Positions 7,280 to 17,414 are shown, numbered from the stretch's first letter. The stretch: 64,000 bases of DNA from Candidatus Heimdallarchaeota archaeon (GCA_011364965.1 RDOB01000003.1:368939-432938), one strand, 5' to 3'. Program-made: numbers and translations. Notes: generated by a model not told the origin, from the letters alone.

Positions 7280-9994
7280 TCATGTTAATTGAATCGTATT
7301 TTTCTTCGTTATGATCCGAATGTATTGAATAAATGATATCCCGAGACTTATTAACATTCCAATTAACAATACTAACAAAATTATTTCTTCTTCTGGGTAA
7401 GTTTGTAAGATTGAGGTATCTGGAACTGTTGAAAGTGTCTTGTATAAGATTCGGATCAGAAGAAAGATGAATGTAACAAATCCTCCTCCAAGGATTAAAA
7501 CTGACTGAAATATTGTCATTTCTTTCCGGGAAGGTGAATAATTGACTAGATTTTTAGGGATTAAAGATTTATTTGCCAAATAACGATAGATTGGGATACT
7601 AAGTGCATAAAACGCTATAATTAACGCAATTAACAGAAAAACGGTAACTTTTTGTTCAGAAAAGGTCAAATTAAGCATAAAACCTACTATTAAAAGAATC
7701 AACAGGATAAAGGAACTCAATGAAAGAATTGTGTCCTCTAAATCGGGGTGTTGAGATTTTTCTTTGTCTTCAACTACAATTTTTTGACTTCTCTCGATTT
7801 GCTGTTTATAAGGAGTGAATGCGAGTTCGAGAGTTAATAGGAAAATAACATAATAGAATATTTGAGTAACTATTGAAAAAAGATTTAAGGATTGTAACAT
7901 TAATGGAAGCAATATAACCCCCGATAATAGGTAAATAATTGATAAAAATGATGCGAATCGTAAATATAGCTGAATAAGGGGCGAATTGTCAAAATGAGAA
8001 AGAATTTTCTCTTTTTTAACCTCTCTCATGGGATTCCAGACAATAAGAGTTACACTAACAAAGAAGATTACACGGAACATCCATTCTGCTAAAGAAAAAT
8101 GTGGTCTGAGGAAAAAAAAGTTCAAAAGTGCATTTATGACAAAAATTATTATCTTATTTAGATACTCAAGAAGAAAAAATCCCACATAGGTGTGAGAATG
8201 CAAATATGATTGAACACCTACAATTATTTCAGAAAAGGGCAAATTTAATAATACACTGATATCTAAAAGAAACCATACCGTCAAACAACTTGCAAGAAAC
8301 CCTTCAAGTCCGATTGCGCTTAAAAGCAATATACGTGGGGGAATTTTGATTTTTTTAAACCTCTCATTTACCGCTTTTCCTGAATTCAATGGATTCCAGT
8401 ATGGATTCAGTAAAAATGCAAGTGCTAATGCAGCAAAAAAAGCAGTGGGTTCCCCTCGACTCAAACTAGAGGCTGATGGCCATGTTAAAAAAACTTGAAA
8501 GCTAGCAATTAAAAGGTTGAATTTAAAACCTCCAGAGTAATGCCCTTGAAGAAATTCAATAGAAATTCTTGCTGGAAAATCAAAATTTAAAGAAAACCAG
8601 CTTAATAGGGTAGACACATGCCCCGGGATCCCCCAGATCGGATCAACCATTCCCTCTCCTCCTAAAGGATATACTCCCACCCATCCTCCCGCAACATTGA
8701 TTATGATAGAAAAGAAACTTAAAATAATAGCAAGGAATTTTAATACTTTTGAAAATATCTTTTGACCTAAGGGGATTTGGTCTTCTCTCAAGTCAAAGAT
8801 GTAAGCAATTGGAATTAATAACAAGGGAGAAATTGACACAATATGACGAGGACCATATGCCAAACCTCCTGTAGGTAAGAAATATTTGCTATATAACAAT
8901 ATAAAAACTAATGGAACCGTTAGACAGAGTATAGCAAGAACTGGTTTCTTATTAAGCAAAATTATAAGCCCAATAACAGTTAAAAGTAGGATTGGCATAA
9001 AATTTAACAAACCATGATGTCTAGAGAACACCAGGACCTCTAATCCTTCTAATATTGGATTGGCAAAATGTTGTTTATCCCAGAAATACTTTGCATAAGA
9101 ATATGGGGTTTTAAATGGATCATTAAAACAGGAAAAATTGTAATACAAGATCAAAAGTCCGTTAAGGAGGATTGGAAAAAGGAATATAACAATGCGAGGA
9201 ATAAAAATACGAAAATAAGCTTTCCAATGAAAAATGAGTTCACGAAGGTTCCAAGGAAACGGAATGAGTAAATAAGCAAGTAAGAAGGGCTGAACTACAA
9301 CTAGAACATAATCACAGGTCATCATAAGCCCACTATATAATCCTGCCCATGCTAATGCCGATATTTCCATAGTATCACGGAATTTAGTAAGAAAATAGAC
9401 CGCAAGTAAAAGAAAACTTGCTGTAAATCCATGGGAGAACAATGTGCCTATATATACATAAAATAGGCTACCAAAAGCAAATGTGAGAGTGGTCCAGTTA
9501 GCTGATTTATGACCTATACCCAGCAATCGAAGAAGATCATAGAATTTGATTGAGGTAAATGCACCCCAAATTAATGCTACTATAATAATGAGAAACTTAA
9601 TTAAGTCATCAATAGCAAAATGATTTGCAGGATCCATTCCAAAGAAGTTAAGAGCGATAAATTCTCCAATCCAATATATGGGAACTGTTAAGAGTGAAAT
9701 ACCTGGTGGTTTATCTGAAAAAATACTTCCATTATATTCTGCATAGTCAAGATAACTATATCTTTCAAGATCTTCTTGACGAATGGTAAATTCTCCATAT
9801 TTAGCAATAGCTTTAGTCAACATAAAACGTGATCCCGGATTTGTATTCGTTACATCCAAGGTTGCACCTGCAATATATATCAGGAAAATAAAGAGAAAGA
9901 GCCGAACACGAAAAGATTTTCCCAAAGTTTCGATGAAATTAAAGAGGTTAGATATTGAACCCATTAGATCCTTCTGATTGTTCGTTGTAGTCAT
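7280..9994 (-). CDS. Large polytopic membrane protein, N-terminal GT-C (PMT/ArnT-like) glycosyltransferase region
   Basis: SRFMLTKA, YLD, SDKPPGISLL, GGLAYGPRH motifs; more than 15 hydrophobic segments. Confidence 0.6.
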   Translation of the reverse strand: MTTTNNQKDLMGSISNLFNFIETLGKSFRVRLFLFIFLIYIAGATLDVTNTNPGSRFMLTKAIAKYGEFTIRQEDLERYSYLDYAEYNGSIFSDKPPGISLLTVPIYWIGEFIALNFFGMDPANHFAIDDLIKFLIIIVALIWGAFTSIKFYDLLRLLGIGHKSANWTTLTFAFGSLFYVYIGTLFSHGFTASFLLLAVYFLTKFRDTMEISALAWAGLYSGLMMTCDYVLVVVQPFLLAYLLIPFPWNLRELIFHWKAYFRIFIPRIVIFLFPILLNGLLILYYNFSCFNDPFKTPYSYAKYFWDKQHFANPILEGLEVLVFSRHHGLLNFMPILLLTVIGLIILLNKKPVLAILCLTVPLVFILLYSKYFLPTGGLAYGPRHIVSISPLLLIPIAYIFDLREDQIPLGQKIFSKVLKFLAIILSFFSIIINVAGGWVGVYPLGGEGMVDPIWGIPGHVSTLLSWFSLNFDFPARISIEFLQGHYSGGFKFNLLIASFQVFLTWPSASSLSRGEPTAFFAALALAFLLNPYWNPLNSGKAVNERFKKIKIPPRILLLSAIGLEGFLASCLTVWFLLDISVLLNLPFSEIIVGVQSYLHSHTYVGFFLLEYLNKIIIFVINALLNFFFLRPHFSLAEWMFRVIFFVSVTLIVWNPMREVKKEKILSHFDNSPLIQLYLRFASFLSIIYLLSGVILLPLMLQSLNLFSIVTQIFYYVIFLLTLELAFTPYKQQIERSQKIVVEDKEKSQHPDLEDTILSLSSFILLILLIVGFMLNLTFSEQKVTVFLLIALIIAFYALSIPIYRYLANKSLIPKNLVNYSPSRKEMTIFQSVLILGGGFVTFIFLLIRILYKTLSTVPDTSILQTYPEEEIILLVLLIGMLISLGISFIQYIRIITKKNTIQLT

Positions 9995-10193
9995 TTATAT
10001 TGCCCCGATGATAAATCCACATTTAGAATCTAAATAGTATGCTTTAGTGGTGATTTCAGACCGTTTTGCAGAAAATTTCTCTAAGACAATAATTTAGAAT
10101 TAGTTCATCGTAAATACGATAAAAAATTTGTGATAGGTGGAGAGAAAAACAGCAACCTTTCATTCTTTTCGAGACTTAGAATTATATTCAGTG

Positions 10194-11432
10194 TTATACT
10201 TTTAATGCAAATCTAGGAACCATTCGAGCAACGATTTCACCTAAACCCAGATCAATGGTTTGTACAAGAACGTTACGTCCACGATAAAGAAATTGTAATT
10301 CACTTGGTGTCTCGAAAACCATCGTTCCAATTCCTGTCCCAAGATCGACCGAAAAATACCTTCTTTTTTGAACTGTCTCGAATATTTCGGGGATTGCCAC
10401 GATATGAGGAAAAGTATATCCACCTCCATGAGGAAGAATGTTTGCATTGCTTATGCGATTATGAAGATTGTATTTATCCATTCTTTCTTTAAAATTCAGA
10501 GTCATTTGAGCATCATCATTAAAATTTGATATCCCTTTGAGTATGTAGCATGGAATATCTGCTCTTAAGGTAAGAGGATAGAGTTTTTCTTCATTATTGG
10601 TGAAAACGTATGTTCCTAAAGCGACTTCATTCAGATGAGTCAAACCCTGATGAGGAGTATTTGATATTACTTCATAGTCATTCCCAAAAAGGAGTTTTCC
10701 TGCCAGTTCTCGTTTCTTTTCTCCAATTCGCTCAGCCCATTTGTAAAAGTCGTAGTATTTCTTTGCATCCTCTCCAATAAGATAATGAATCTCCCCAAAA
10801 GGAGTTTCCAATGTTTGACACATTTCTCGTAAGTTAGAACTAGCATGGTAATATAATCCTAGTTCTTTTGGGTTCGAATCACCTTTTAGCTCTGAAGGAG
10901 AACTATGAGTAATGAAGGAATATTGAGGGAGATTTGCAGATTCGCTCATAGCCGGATTAGGAAATACTTCAAAAACATTAATAAAATGGTTCCCACTACC
11001 AAAGTTCCATCTAATCGGAACACCTTCGATTTCCACGTCATATTGAGCATCATTCATATCATGAATCCGTTGAATTAGCTCCATTGGATCTGGTTCACCA
11101 GTTAATGATCCAACAAGCATTCCACAGGCATTAGGCATTGTATCAACGAACATCAATGGAATATCCCCATCTCCCCAAGTAACTTTTCCACCATAACCAA
11201 TACCATTTTTCCACCGCTCAATATTTCGAGTAATAGTACAATCTGGAGCTGCAATAAAAGTAGAATTTGGTTCTAGGCCTAGTGAATCTTGTACAAGATG
11301 CATCTTTGCTAAACCATAAAGAAAATTCAAGCGGCAGAGCTTTGATGCGCTATCTTCTAACGCGGTTGAAAAGATGAGATCTTTGGAACGATCTAATAAT
11401 TTTCCTCGACTTTTCTTTTTAAGTTCTTCCAT
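10194..11432 (-). CDS. Divergent RtcB-superfamily protein
   Basis: Ordered RtcB-like motifs APD, PNACG, GSGNHF, THSS, PHQG, PHGGG. ATG 11432 follows a GGTGA SD; the ORF track extends to 11483. Confidence 0.7.
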   Translation of the reverse strand: MEELKKKSRGKLLDRSKDLIFSTALEDSASKLCRLNFLYGLAKMHLVQDSLGLEPNSTFIAAPDCTITRNIERWKNGIGYGGKVTWGDGDIPLMFVDTMPNACGMLVGSLTGEPDPMELIQRIHDMNDAQYDVEIEGVPIRWNFGSGNHFINVFEVFPNPAMSESANLPQYSFITHSSPSELKGDSNPKELGLYYHASSNLREMCQTLETPFGEIHYLIGEDAKKYYDFYKWAERIGEKKRELAGKLLFGNDYEVISNTPHQGLTHLNEVALGTYVFTNNEEKLYPLTLRADIPCYILKGISNFNDDAQMTLNFKERMDKYNLHNRISNANILPHGGGYTFPHIVAIPEIFETVQKRRYFSVDLGTGIGTMVFETPSELQFLYRGRNVLVQTIDLGLGEIVARMVPRFALKV

Positions 11433-11592
11433 TAATTTCACCAAAATGTCGTAAAATGCTTTACTACCGAATAAAAAACTCAAAAATAGGAGCGAGTCTG
11501 GAATAATTGATTTTCTATCGGTACATAATCGTTTAAAAAGTCACGCTTTTCTTGAGGAAATCCACTTAGATATTTTTGGGAGTAATCCAATT

Positions 11593-12828
11593 ATGAAAGA
11601 TGAAGAGAATGGCCCAAGAAAAAAGCTCCTTAGGGAGGATGGCTACTGGGGAGTATATCAGGAGGAAGATAATGCCCCTGAAGAACGTTGGGATCCTTTT
11701 CAGACATTAACCGATAAATATGGCACTAAAATTGGACATTGCACATATATTAGTAAGTTGAGAGCAAATAGACCAATCGAATACTCAGAAATACCTCTAA
11801 AGCTCGTAAGATCAAATTTAAATGACGAGAAAGATTCTTTTTGTCAAATAGTGGAAGGTAAATTACCAGCAATCGTTTTAACCAAGGATTTAAGTCAAAA
11901 AAGGGATCCATTTGTCTTGGACGCAAAATTTGAGAACCTAGCTCAAACAAATGCGTTTACAATTATTAATCTGTTTCCGCCAATGGCTAGATACGTTCAA
12001 AATAATCATTTTTTGCGTACTGAAAAAAAAAAATCTAAACCCCCAAAAGGCATATCTTTGGTTCATGTACTTACTAAACACTATGTAAGTATCGAAACTG
12101 TTCCCTTGGATGAATTGATCCTATATTTTAATAACATCATTCTATCGCTTGAAATCTGCCAAAAATCACTCCGATCACAAGGAATTAACAATATAGGACT
12201 CATGCAATTCTTTAATATTGGGCCTGCTTCTGGCGCAAGTATTTTACATCTCCATGGACAGAGTATGTTATTCATAGATAAAAAAGGACATGGGTGGAAG
12301 AATCAAGGTTTTTTAGTAGTTTATGAGGAGCATAAGTCCCTTTATCAAAACCGAAATTATTGCTTAGGGTGTGAGTACGCCAAAAAGGTTACTATTGATC
12401 CTTTAAACCAAGAAATTAACCTTAAAGAAAGAATTTTTTGGGAAGATGACTTTTGGCTATGTCTAGTAGCTTATGCACCTGAAAATGATGGACAGCTTAG
12501 ATTAATGCCCAAAAGGCATCTATCGACCTTGTTAGAGCTGAATTCAAATGAAATTGCTTCTTTATCCAAAGCTTTACTTGCCTCAAACTATGCATTAACT
12601 CAGTTTATTAACAATTATGGGAAGAAACTTCATTTGTCTCTCGATCGCAATATCATTTTCAGACAGCAGCATTTTGGATATACTTCGAAACCACATTTAC
12701 TCATTGATATCCTACCAGTCCAAAGAGTAGGCGGAGGTGAAAAATTAGACAATTTTAAATTATCTCATATCTTTCCCGAGGAAATTGCCTGTTCTCTTAC
12801 CCAATATCTTCAGGAATTTATTATATGA
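11593..12828 (+). CDS. GalT/HIT-superfamily nucleotidyltransferase
   Basis: FNIGPASGASILHLHGQ (HxHxQ), NLFP, CLGC..ERIFWEDDFW..MPKRH second domain. Confidence 0.8.
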   Translation: MKDEENGPRKKLLREDGYWGVYQEEDNAPEERWDPFQTLTDKYGTKIGHCTYISKLRANRPIEYSEIPLKLVRSNLNDEKDSFCQIVEGKLPAIVLTKDLSQKRDPFVLDAKFENLAQTNAFTIINLFPPMARYVQNNHFLRTEKKKSKPPKGISLVHVLTKHYVSIETVPLDELILYFNNIILSLEICQKSLRSQGINNIGLMQFFNIGPASGASILHLHGQSMLFIDKKGHGWKNQGFLVVYEEHKSLYQNRNYCLGCEYAKKVTIDPLNQEINLKERIFWEDDFWLCLVAYAPENDGQLRLMPKRHLSTLLELNSNEIASLSKALLASNYALTQFINNYGKKLHLSLDRNIIFRQQHFGYTSKPHLLIDILPVQRVGGGEKLDNFKLSHIFPEEIACSLTQYLQEFII

Positions 12829-12859
12829 TTCTTTTTTCTTTATCCTTTCCTGAAAAATA

Positions 12860-12882
12860 TACCCATATAGAATACATGGGTA
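12860..12882. promoter_or_regulatory. Palindrome TACCCAT-N9-ATGGGTA, putative operator
   Basis: Perfect 7-bp arms directly before a TATA-like TTTATA (12885-12890). A related copy lies at 13334. Confidence 0.55.
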
Positions 12883-12947
12883 GGTTTATAACCTTCCAGA
12901 TCATCTATGATATTACATTAGAAAGATATTTTGATAAGGAATTTGCC

Positions 12948-13259
12948 ATGCTTAAACTAAATGATGATCAGCATAAGATATTAAACATCCTAAAGAATCC
13001 ATCGAGTTATGTTGTACGCAATGAAGAGAATGGAATCCGTGGTTTACCTTATAAAGAGATTATGAAAGCTTCTCGCCTTTCAGTAGAAAAAACCCTCCTT
13101 AGCTTAGGTTGGTTAGAAGGAAATGGATTGGTAACTCACGAGTGTGCTGTTCAACGACAAATTGTGGATTATTTAGGGCATAATAGTGTTGAAATTGCTG
13201 GTCAAAAGATCGTTAGAATGTTTTATCTTACTCAAAAAGGAAAAAAGCTCCATTCATAA
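12948..13259 (+). CDS. Winged-helix protein, paralog 1
   Basis: PYKEIMKASRLSVEKTLLSLGWLEGNGLV..FYLTQKGK. Start set at ATG 12948 by alignment with paralog 2. Confidence 0.75.
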   Translation: MLKLNDDQHKILNILKNPSSYVVRNEENGIRGLPYKEIMKASRLSVEKTLLSLGWLEGNGLVTHECAVQRQIVDYLGHNSVEIAGQKIVRMFYLTQKGKKLHS

Positions 13260-13448
13260 GGATAAAATATCGTTATTCGTTTCTTACTTATCCATATAAA
13301 ACCAAGAGAGGAATCTCCCTAACCCATTTCTCTTACCCATATGAATATTATAAGTATATGAACTTGTTTTTTACATTTTGGATAGGATATTTTATATTTT
13401 AATAAAATCGTTGTTAAAGCTGAGTTATTAGACAAAGAGGTATATTTA

Positions 13449-13796
13449 ATGACCACAGAAAAAGCTGATTTAAACCTAGATCAGCGTAAAGTGATTCTTG
13501 CGCTTGATGAGCCAGCAGAATTTTATCGTGGATATCATTCAGTTGCAGGGATCCGAGGTGCTCCATATAAAAAAATTATGGAGAAAACAGGTTTAACTTT
13601 AGAGAAGACGCTTCTTTCGATTGGTTGGCTGGAAGCTAGAGGTTTAATTGCACATGATGTGGCAGTTGTAAGAAAAACATTAGACTATCTTGGCCAAACC
13701 AACATAGAGATTGCTGGTCAATCGGTTGTCCGTATGTTTTACTTGACAGAAGAAGGCAAGAAGACACTAAAAGAGTTTAAAGAGGAAGGTGGCTAA
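13449..13796 (+). CDS. Winged-helix protein, paralog 2
   Basis: 45/72 identical to paralog 1 over GIRG..GKK (hand count). GAGG SD; the stop abuts the GAPDH start. Confidence 0.8.
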   Translation: MTTEKADLNLDQRKVILALDEPAEFYRGYHSVAGIRGAPYKKIMEKTGLTLEKTLLSIGWLEARGLIAHDVAVVRKTLDYLGQTNIEIAGQSVVRMFYLTEEGKKTLKEFKEEGG

Positions 13797-14900
13797 TTGG
13801 CGAAATCTAAAGCAAATATTGGAGTGGTTGGCTACGGAATTATTGGTAAACGAGTGGCAGATGCCATAGCCAGCCAACCAGACATGCGATTAGTTGGAAT
13901 AGCGGATATTATTTCTGATGTCCGCTTGAGAATTGCAAAAGAACGAAACTATCCAATATATTGCAGCTTACCAGATTTTGAGCCTAAAATGAGGGCAGCA
14001 GGATTTGAAGTTGTCGGATTTCTAGATGATATGCTAAAGGAAATAGAAATTGTTATAGATTGCACGCCAAGTGGGGTTCCAGCTCAGAATTTTCCACTGT
14101 ACGATAAATATAATGTTAAAACCATTGTTCAAGGTGGAGAAAAACATTCACTTACTGAGAGGAGCTTTAGCACATTTGGTAATTATTATACCCATCTAGG
14201 TGTAAAGAAAACACGAGTTGTATCTTGTAATACGACAGCATTAACAAGAATAATATCTACTTTAGCTCATGAATATGGGGTTTCGGATGTATTTGTCGCT
14301 CTAGCACGAAGGGCTGGAGACCCTGCGAGAACGAATCGAGGACCAATTAATGCAATTACTCCTGTTTTAGGAGTTTCTCATCACGGTCCCGATTTAGTCA
14401 CAATTATGCCTCAATTGGATGATCGCATTCATTCATTGGCAATAGCAGGAAGCTGGACACTGTCTCACGTTCATATGGTGAAGGTTACCCTTGAAAGCTC
14501 TCCTTCAAAAGATGAAGTTGTTTCCTTGTACAAAAAAACGCCAAGAATATTAATTGAACCTGGAAAGCATGGATTATTTGATTCTGCACAACTCGTCGAA
14601 TATTTCCGCGATTTGGGTCGGCCACGATATGATCGTCCTGAAGTTTTTATCTGGGAGGAAACTATGTCTCTTGATTCTCGTGGCAATTTGTACATGATCT
14701 ATGATGTACATATGGAGTCGATCCCAATTCCTGAGAATGTTGATGCTGTAAGATCGATGCTTGAAATGGAATCTGATGCAATGAAATGTGTTGAAATGAC
14801 AGATAAAGCCATGAAGATCCAGAATGGTTCATATTCAGGAACATTATACGGAAGTGCCCCGCCAAAAGAAAGATCACTTGCCAGTACAGAACACGAATAG
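13797..14900 (+). CDS. gap: Archaeal type II glyceraldehyde-3-phosphate dehydrogenase
   Basis: GYGIIGKRVADA, DCTP, QGGEKH, catalytic VSCNTT, SHHGPD, ESIPIPENVDAVR. Confidence 0.95.
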   Translation: MAKSKANIGVVGYGIIGKRVADAIASQPDMRLVGIADIISDVRLRIAKERNYPIYCSLPDFEPKMRAAGFEVVGFLDDMLKEIEIVIDCTPSGVPAQNFPLYDKYNVKTIVQGGEKHSLTERSFSTFGNYYTHLGVKKTRVVSCNTTALTRIISTLAHEYGVSDVFVALARRAGDPARTNRGPINAITPVLGVSHHGPDLVTIMPQLDDRIHSLAIAGSWTLSHVHMVKVTLESSPSKDEVVSLYKKTPRILIEPGKHGLFDSAQLVEYFRDLGRPRYDRPEVFIWEETMSLDSRGNLYMIYDVHMESIPIPENVDAVRSMLEMESDAMKCVEMTDKAMKIQNGSYSGTLYGSAPPKERSLASTEHE

Positions 14901-15098
14901 ATATTCTAGCTGCTTTTTCTGCTTCTATCTTTTTCTTTAATAAATTACTTTAAGAATCAAGACTCCTTAATCTACATTCAAGGCCTTAGACCAACCTAAC
15001 ATTTTTCTTTGGAAAAGGTCAGCTTTTTATTTTCAGCAATCCTATTATAAAAATAATTTATTCGTTTTCGGTTAAATTTGATTAAATGAGGAAAAAAT

Positions 15099-15821
15099 AT
15101 GAAGAATATTCCTGAAATCGAAGAAATAATAGAAGAGCTACTGATGGATCAAAATATAGAACAATGTATTGTATCTACCATTGATGGGTCTCCAATCTTT
15201 GGAAAATCGAAAAAAAAAGATATTTCTGACGAAATCTATGTTCTCCCAGCTGCAGTTTCATCAGCTCTTGCTATCTCCCAAGGATTTTTGGACTCTACTC
15301 TGAAAGATCAAGTCCATGAATATATCGTATTCCAAGAACGATCTATTTTAATTGCCTCTCGTGCCAGCGATACAATACTTATCACTACAATTTGTATTCC
15401 CAAATCCTCCTTTGAAAAACGGCCCGAAATTGACGCATTGGTAAAACGAATTCAAGAAATAGCAGCAAAAATTAATGCTATTGTGAAAACTCTTGACATT
15501 GAAGACAGTATCATTGAAAAAATTCAACGAGCTATCCCTGAAGCAAAAGCAATCATGCTTCTTTCAAGTGCAGGAATTCCCATCACTGAATTATTATCTA
15601 ATCTTAATGTAGACACTGCACAACTTGCAGCAGTTTCATCTGCTTTAAGTCTCCCCACTCGTGTCCTAGGAGGAGAATCAAAGAGCATAGCGGTCACAGG
15701 AGAAAAGAATTTGATATTACTCTATTCTTTAGATCAGGAAAGAATTCTTATGGTTGCTTTGAAACCAAAACATAGTGTAGAATCCTATCTGACCATAATT
15801 TCACGCACAGTTTCGCATTAA
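15099..15821 (+). CDS. Tandem roadblock/LAMTOR-domain protein
   Basis: Two repeats: IVSTIDGSPI..LPAAVSSALAIS and MLLSSAGIPI..LAAVSSALSL, each followed by beta-strands. Confidence 0.8.
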   Translation: MKNIPEIEEIIEELLMDQNIEQCIVSTIDGSPIFGKSKKKDISDEIYVLPAAVSSALAISQGFLDSTLKDQVHEYIVFQERSILIASRASDTILITTICIPKSSFEKRPEIDALVKRIQEIAAKINAIVKTLDIEDSIIEKIQRAIPEAKAIMLLSSAGIPITELLSNLNVDTAQLAAVSSALSLPTRVLGGESKSIAVTGEKNLILLYSLDQERILMVALKPKHSVESYLTIISRTVSH

Positions 15822-16018
15822 TTGTTAAAATATCAATTCTTGGATCCTTAAACCAATGAATTAATATTAATGTGAAATTTACTATAAACAAAATTTTCAG
15901 AATAAATATTATAAAGTTAGTAAAATGTGATAAAACAATACTCAAACGAGAACATTATCTTTCCTTGGATTGGATTTTCATGTTCTTAATTTTTAATTGC
16001 TTATGTTAATTTAAAAAA

Positions 16019-16729
16019 GTGAAGGAATGTAAGATGGATCTCAAACAAGCCTTAAAGGAAGCTAAGACACTTATAGTCGAAAAAAAAGTTAATAAGGCCG
16101 GAGAACTATTAGAAGATGCTTTGAATTTACTCCAAACACAGCCTCCTGAAGATATTTCTCAAGAAGAACGACTTTTGCTAGAAGGAGAAATTCAAGAAAG
16201 TCTCGGGGATGTTAAAATTCTTCAGCAAAAAGATCAGGAAGCATTAAGTCATCTCCTAATGGCGATGACTCAACTTCAAACATATTCAGAAATGGGCCAA
16301 GCTTCAGCTGATGATATTCTCTTCCGAGTATACAGGAAATTATCTGGTTGTTTTGATCGATTAGGACAACAATTCGAAAGTGAAAAATATTTAAGAAAAG
16401 CAGGTGAAATCAAGGCAAATATTCTTAAAGTAGAACTTTATAAACGCCTACGAGGATCTGGATATAAAATTACAGAAAATGTACGTGCTGTGGAAACCGA
16501 AGCATCTCCAGTTGACATCATGGCAGAAAAAGGGGGATTATTCAAGAAGTCTAGACTTGCAATTTGGTTTGCAATGGATGAATCTGAAGTAGATACAATA
16601 TCCTATCTAACAAAAGGGTATGCAAATTATGCGAAAAAACGGTATATTTTACTGCTTATGGGAACTCCAACGATTCCATCTCTTCAAGGTGCAAGGATTA
16701 TTAATTCAATTGATGAAGTGAAATTCTAG
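16019..16729 (+). CDS. TPR-like repeats fused to a degenerate PD-(D/E)XK (Mrr-like) domain
   Basis: TPR-like LGDVKILQQKDQEALSHL and LSGCFDRLGQQFESEKYL; C-terminal LRGSGYKITEN..VDIMAEK..LAIWF. Confidence 0.55.
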   Translation: MKECKMDLKQALKEAKTLIVEKKVNKAGELLEDALNLLQTQPPEDISQEERLLLEGEIQESLGDVKILQQKDQEALSHLLMAMTQLQTYSEMGQASADDILFRVYRKLSGCFDRLGQQFESEKYLRKAGEIKANILKVELYKRLRGSGYKITENVRAVETEASPVDIMAEKGGLFKKSRLAIWFAMDESEVDTISYLTKGYANYAKKRYILLLMGTPTIPSLQGARIINSIDEVKF

Positions 16730-16817
16730 TTTCGATCTGTCTCCTCAATTTTTTTAACCGAAAGGAGAAAAAAATTAGGATTTGAAACAAAAAAAGGGAG
16801 AAATAGAAAGAAATAGA

Positions 16818-17381
16818 CTACTTTGATTGCTGAGCTTCAACATAATCTAGATAAACATTCCCGAGCATATCAAAAGCAGCGGAAACATTCAATCCTGTTT
16901 TGGCGGAAGTAGGCATATATTTAACTGGAAAACCCGAATCCTCTGATTTTCTAGTTAGATTATCAGCAAATTCTTCTGCTTGGGCATCAGTAATATGGTT
17001 GGGGAATTGCTCACGCAAATCTACCTTGTTCCCAAGAAGAACAACTGGAATCATACCCTTACCATTATTCTTCCAGATTTCTTCAAGCCAATTCTCCAAA
17101 TTGGTAAAAGTATCGGGACGAGTAACGTCGAAAAGCAGCAAAGCCCCCAAACACCCGTAGTAATAAACTGAGCGGACAGTTCCAAATCGTGGTTGACCCG
17201 CTAGATCCCAGATTTGAAACTTAATACTCTTTTCACGGATGGTGGCCTCTTTAAGAGCAAAATCTGCTCCAATAGTCATCATATAATTGCTACTAAAGCC
17301 TTTGCCAAGATAACGCTCTCGCAGGGCGGTTTTTCCAACAGCACCGTCTCCAGCGAGTACTATTTTCATCAAGAAACTCAT
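16818..17381 (-). CDS. Rab-like small GTPase
   Basis: GDGAVGKT, TIGADF, KFQIWDLAGQ, RF, YYYG, LLFDVT, NKVD, SAK. No C-terminal prenylation cysteines. Confidence 0.95.
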   Translation of the reverse strand: MSFLMKIVLAGDGAVGKTALRERYLGKGFSSNYMMTIGADFALKEATIREKSIKFQIWDLAGQPRFGTVRSVYYYGCLGALLLFDVTRPDTFTNLENWLEEIWKNNGKGMIPVVLLGNKVDLREQFPNHITDAQAEEFADNLTRKSEDSGFPVKYMPTSAKTGLNVSAAFDMLGNVYLDYVEAQQSK

Positions 17382-17391
17382 TTCTCAACCT

Positions 17392-17414
17392 CTTACTGAT
17401 TCACTTACTGATTC
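17392..17414. repeat. 11-bp direct repeat CTTACTGATTC x2 upstream of the Rab gene
   Basis: Exact copies at 17392-17402 and 17404-17414. Confidence 0.7.
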
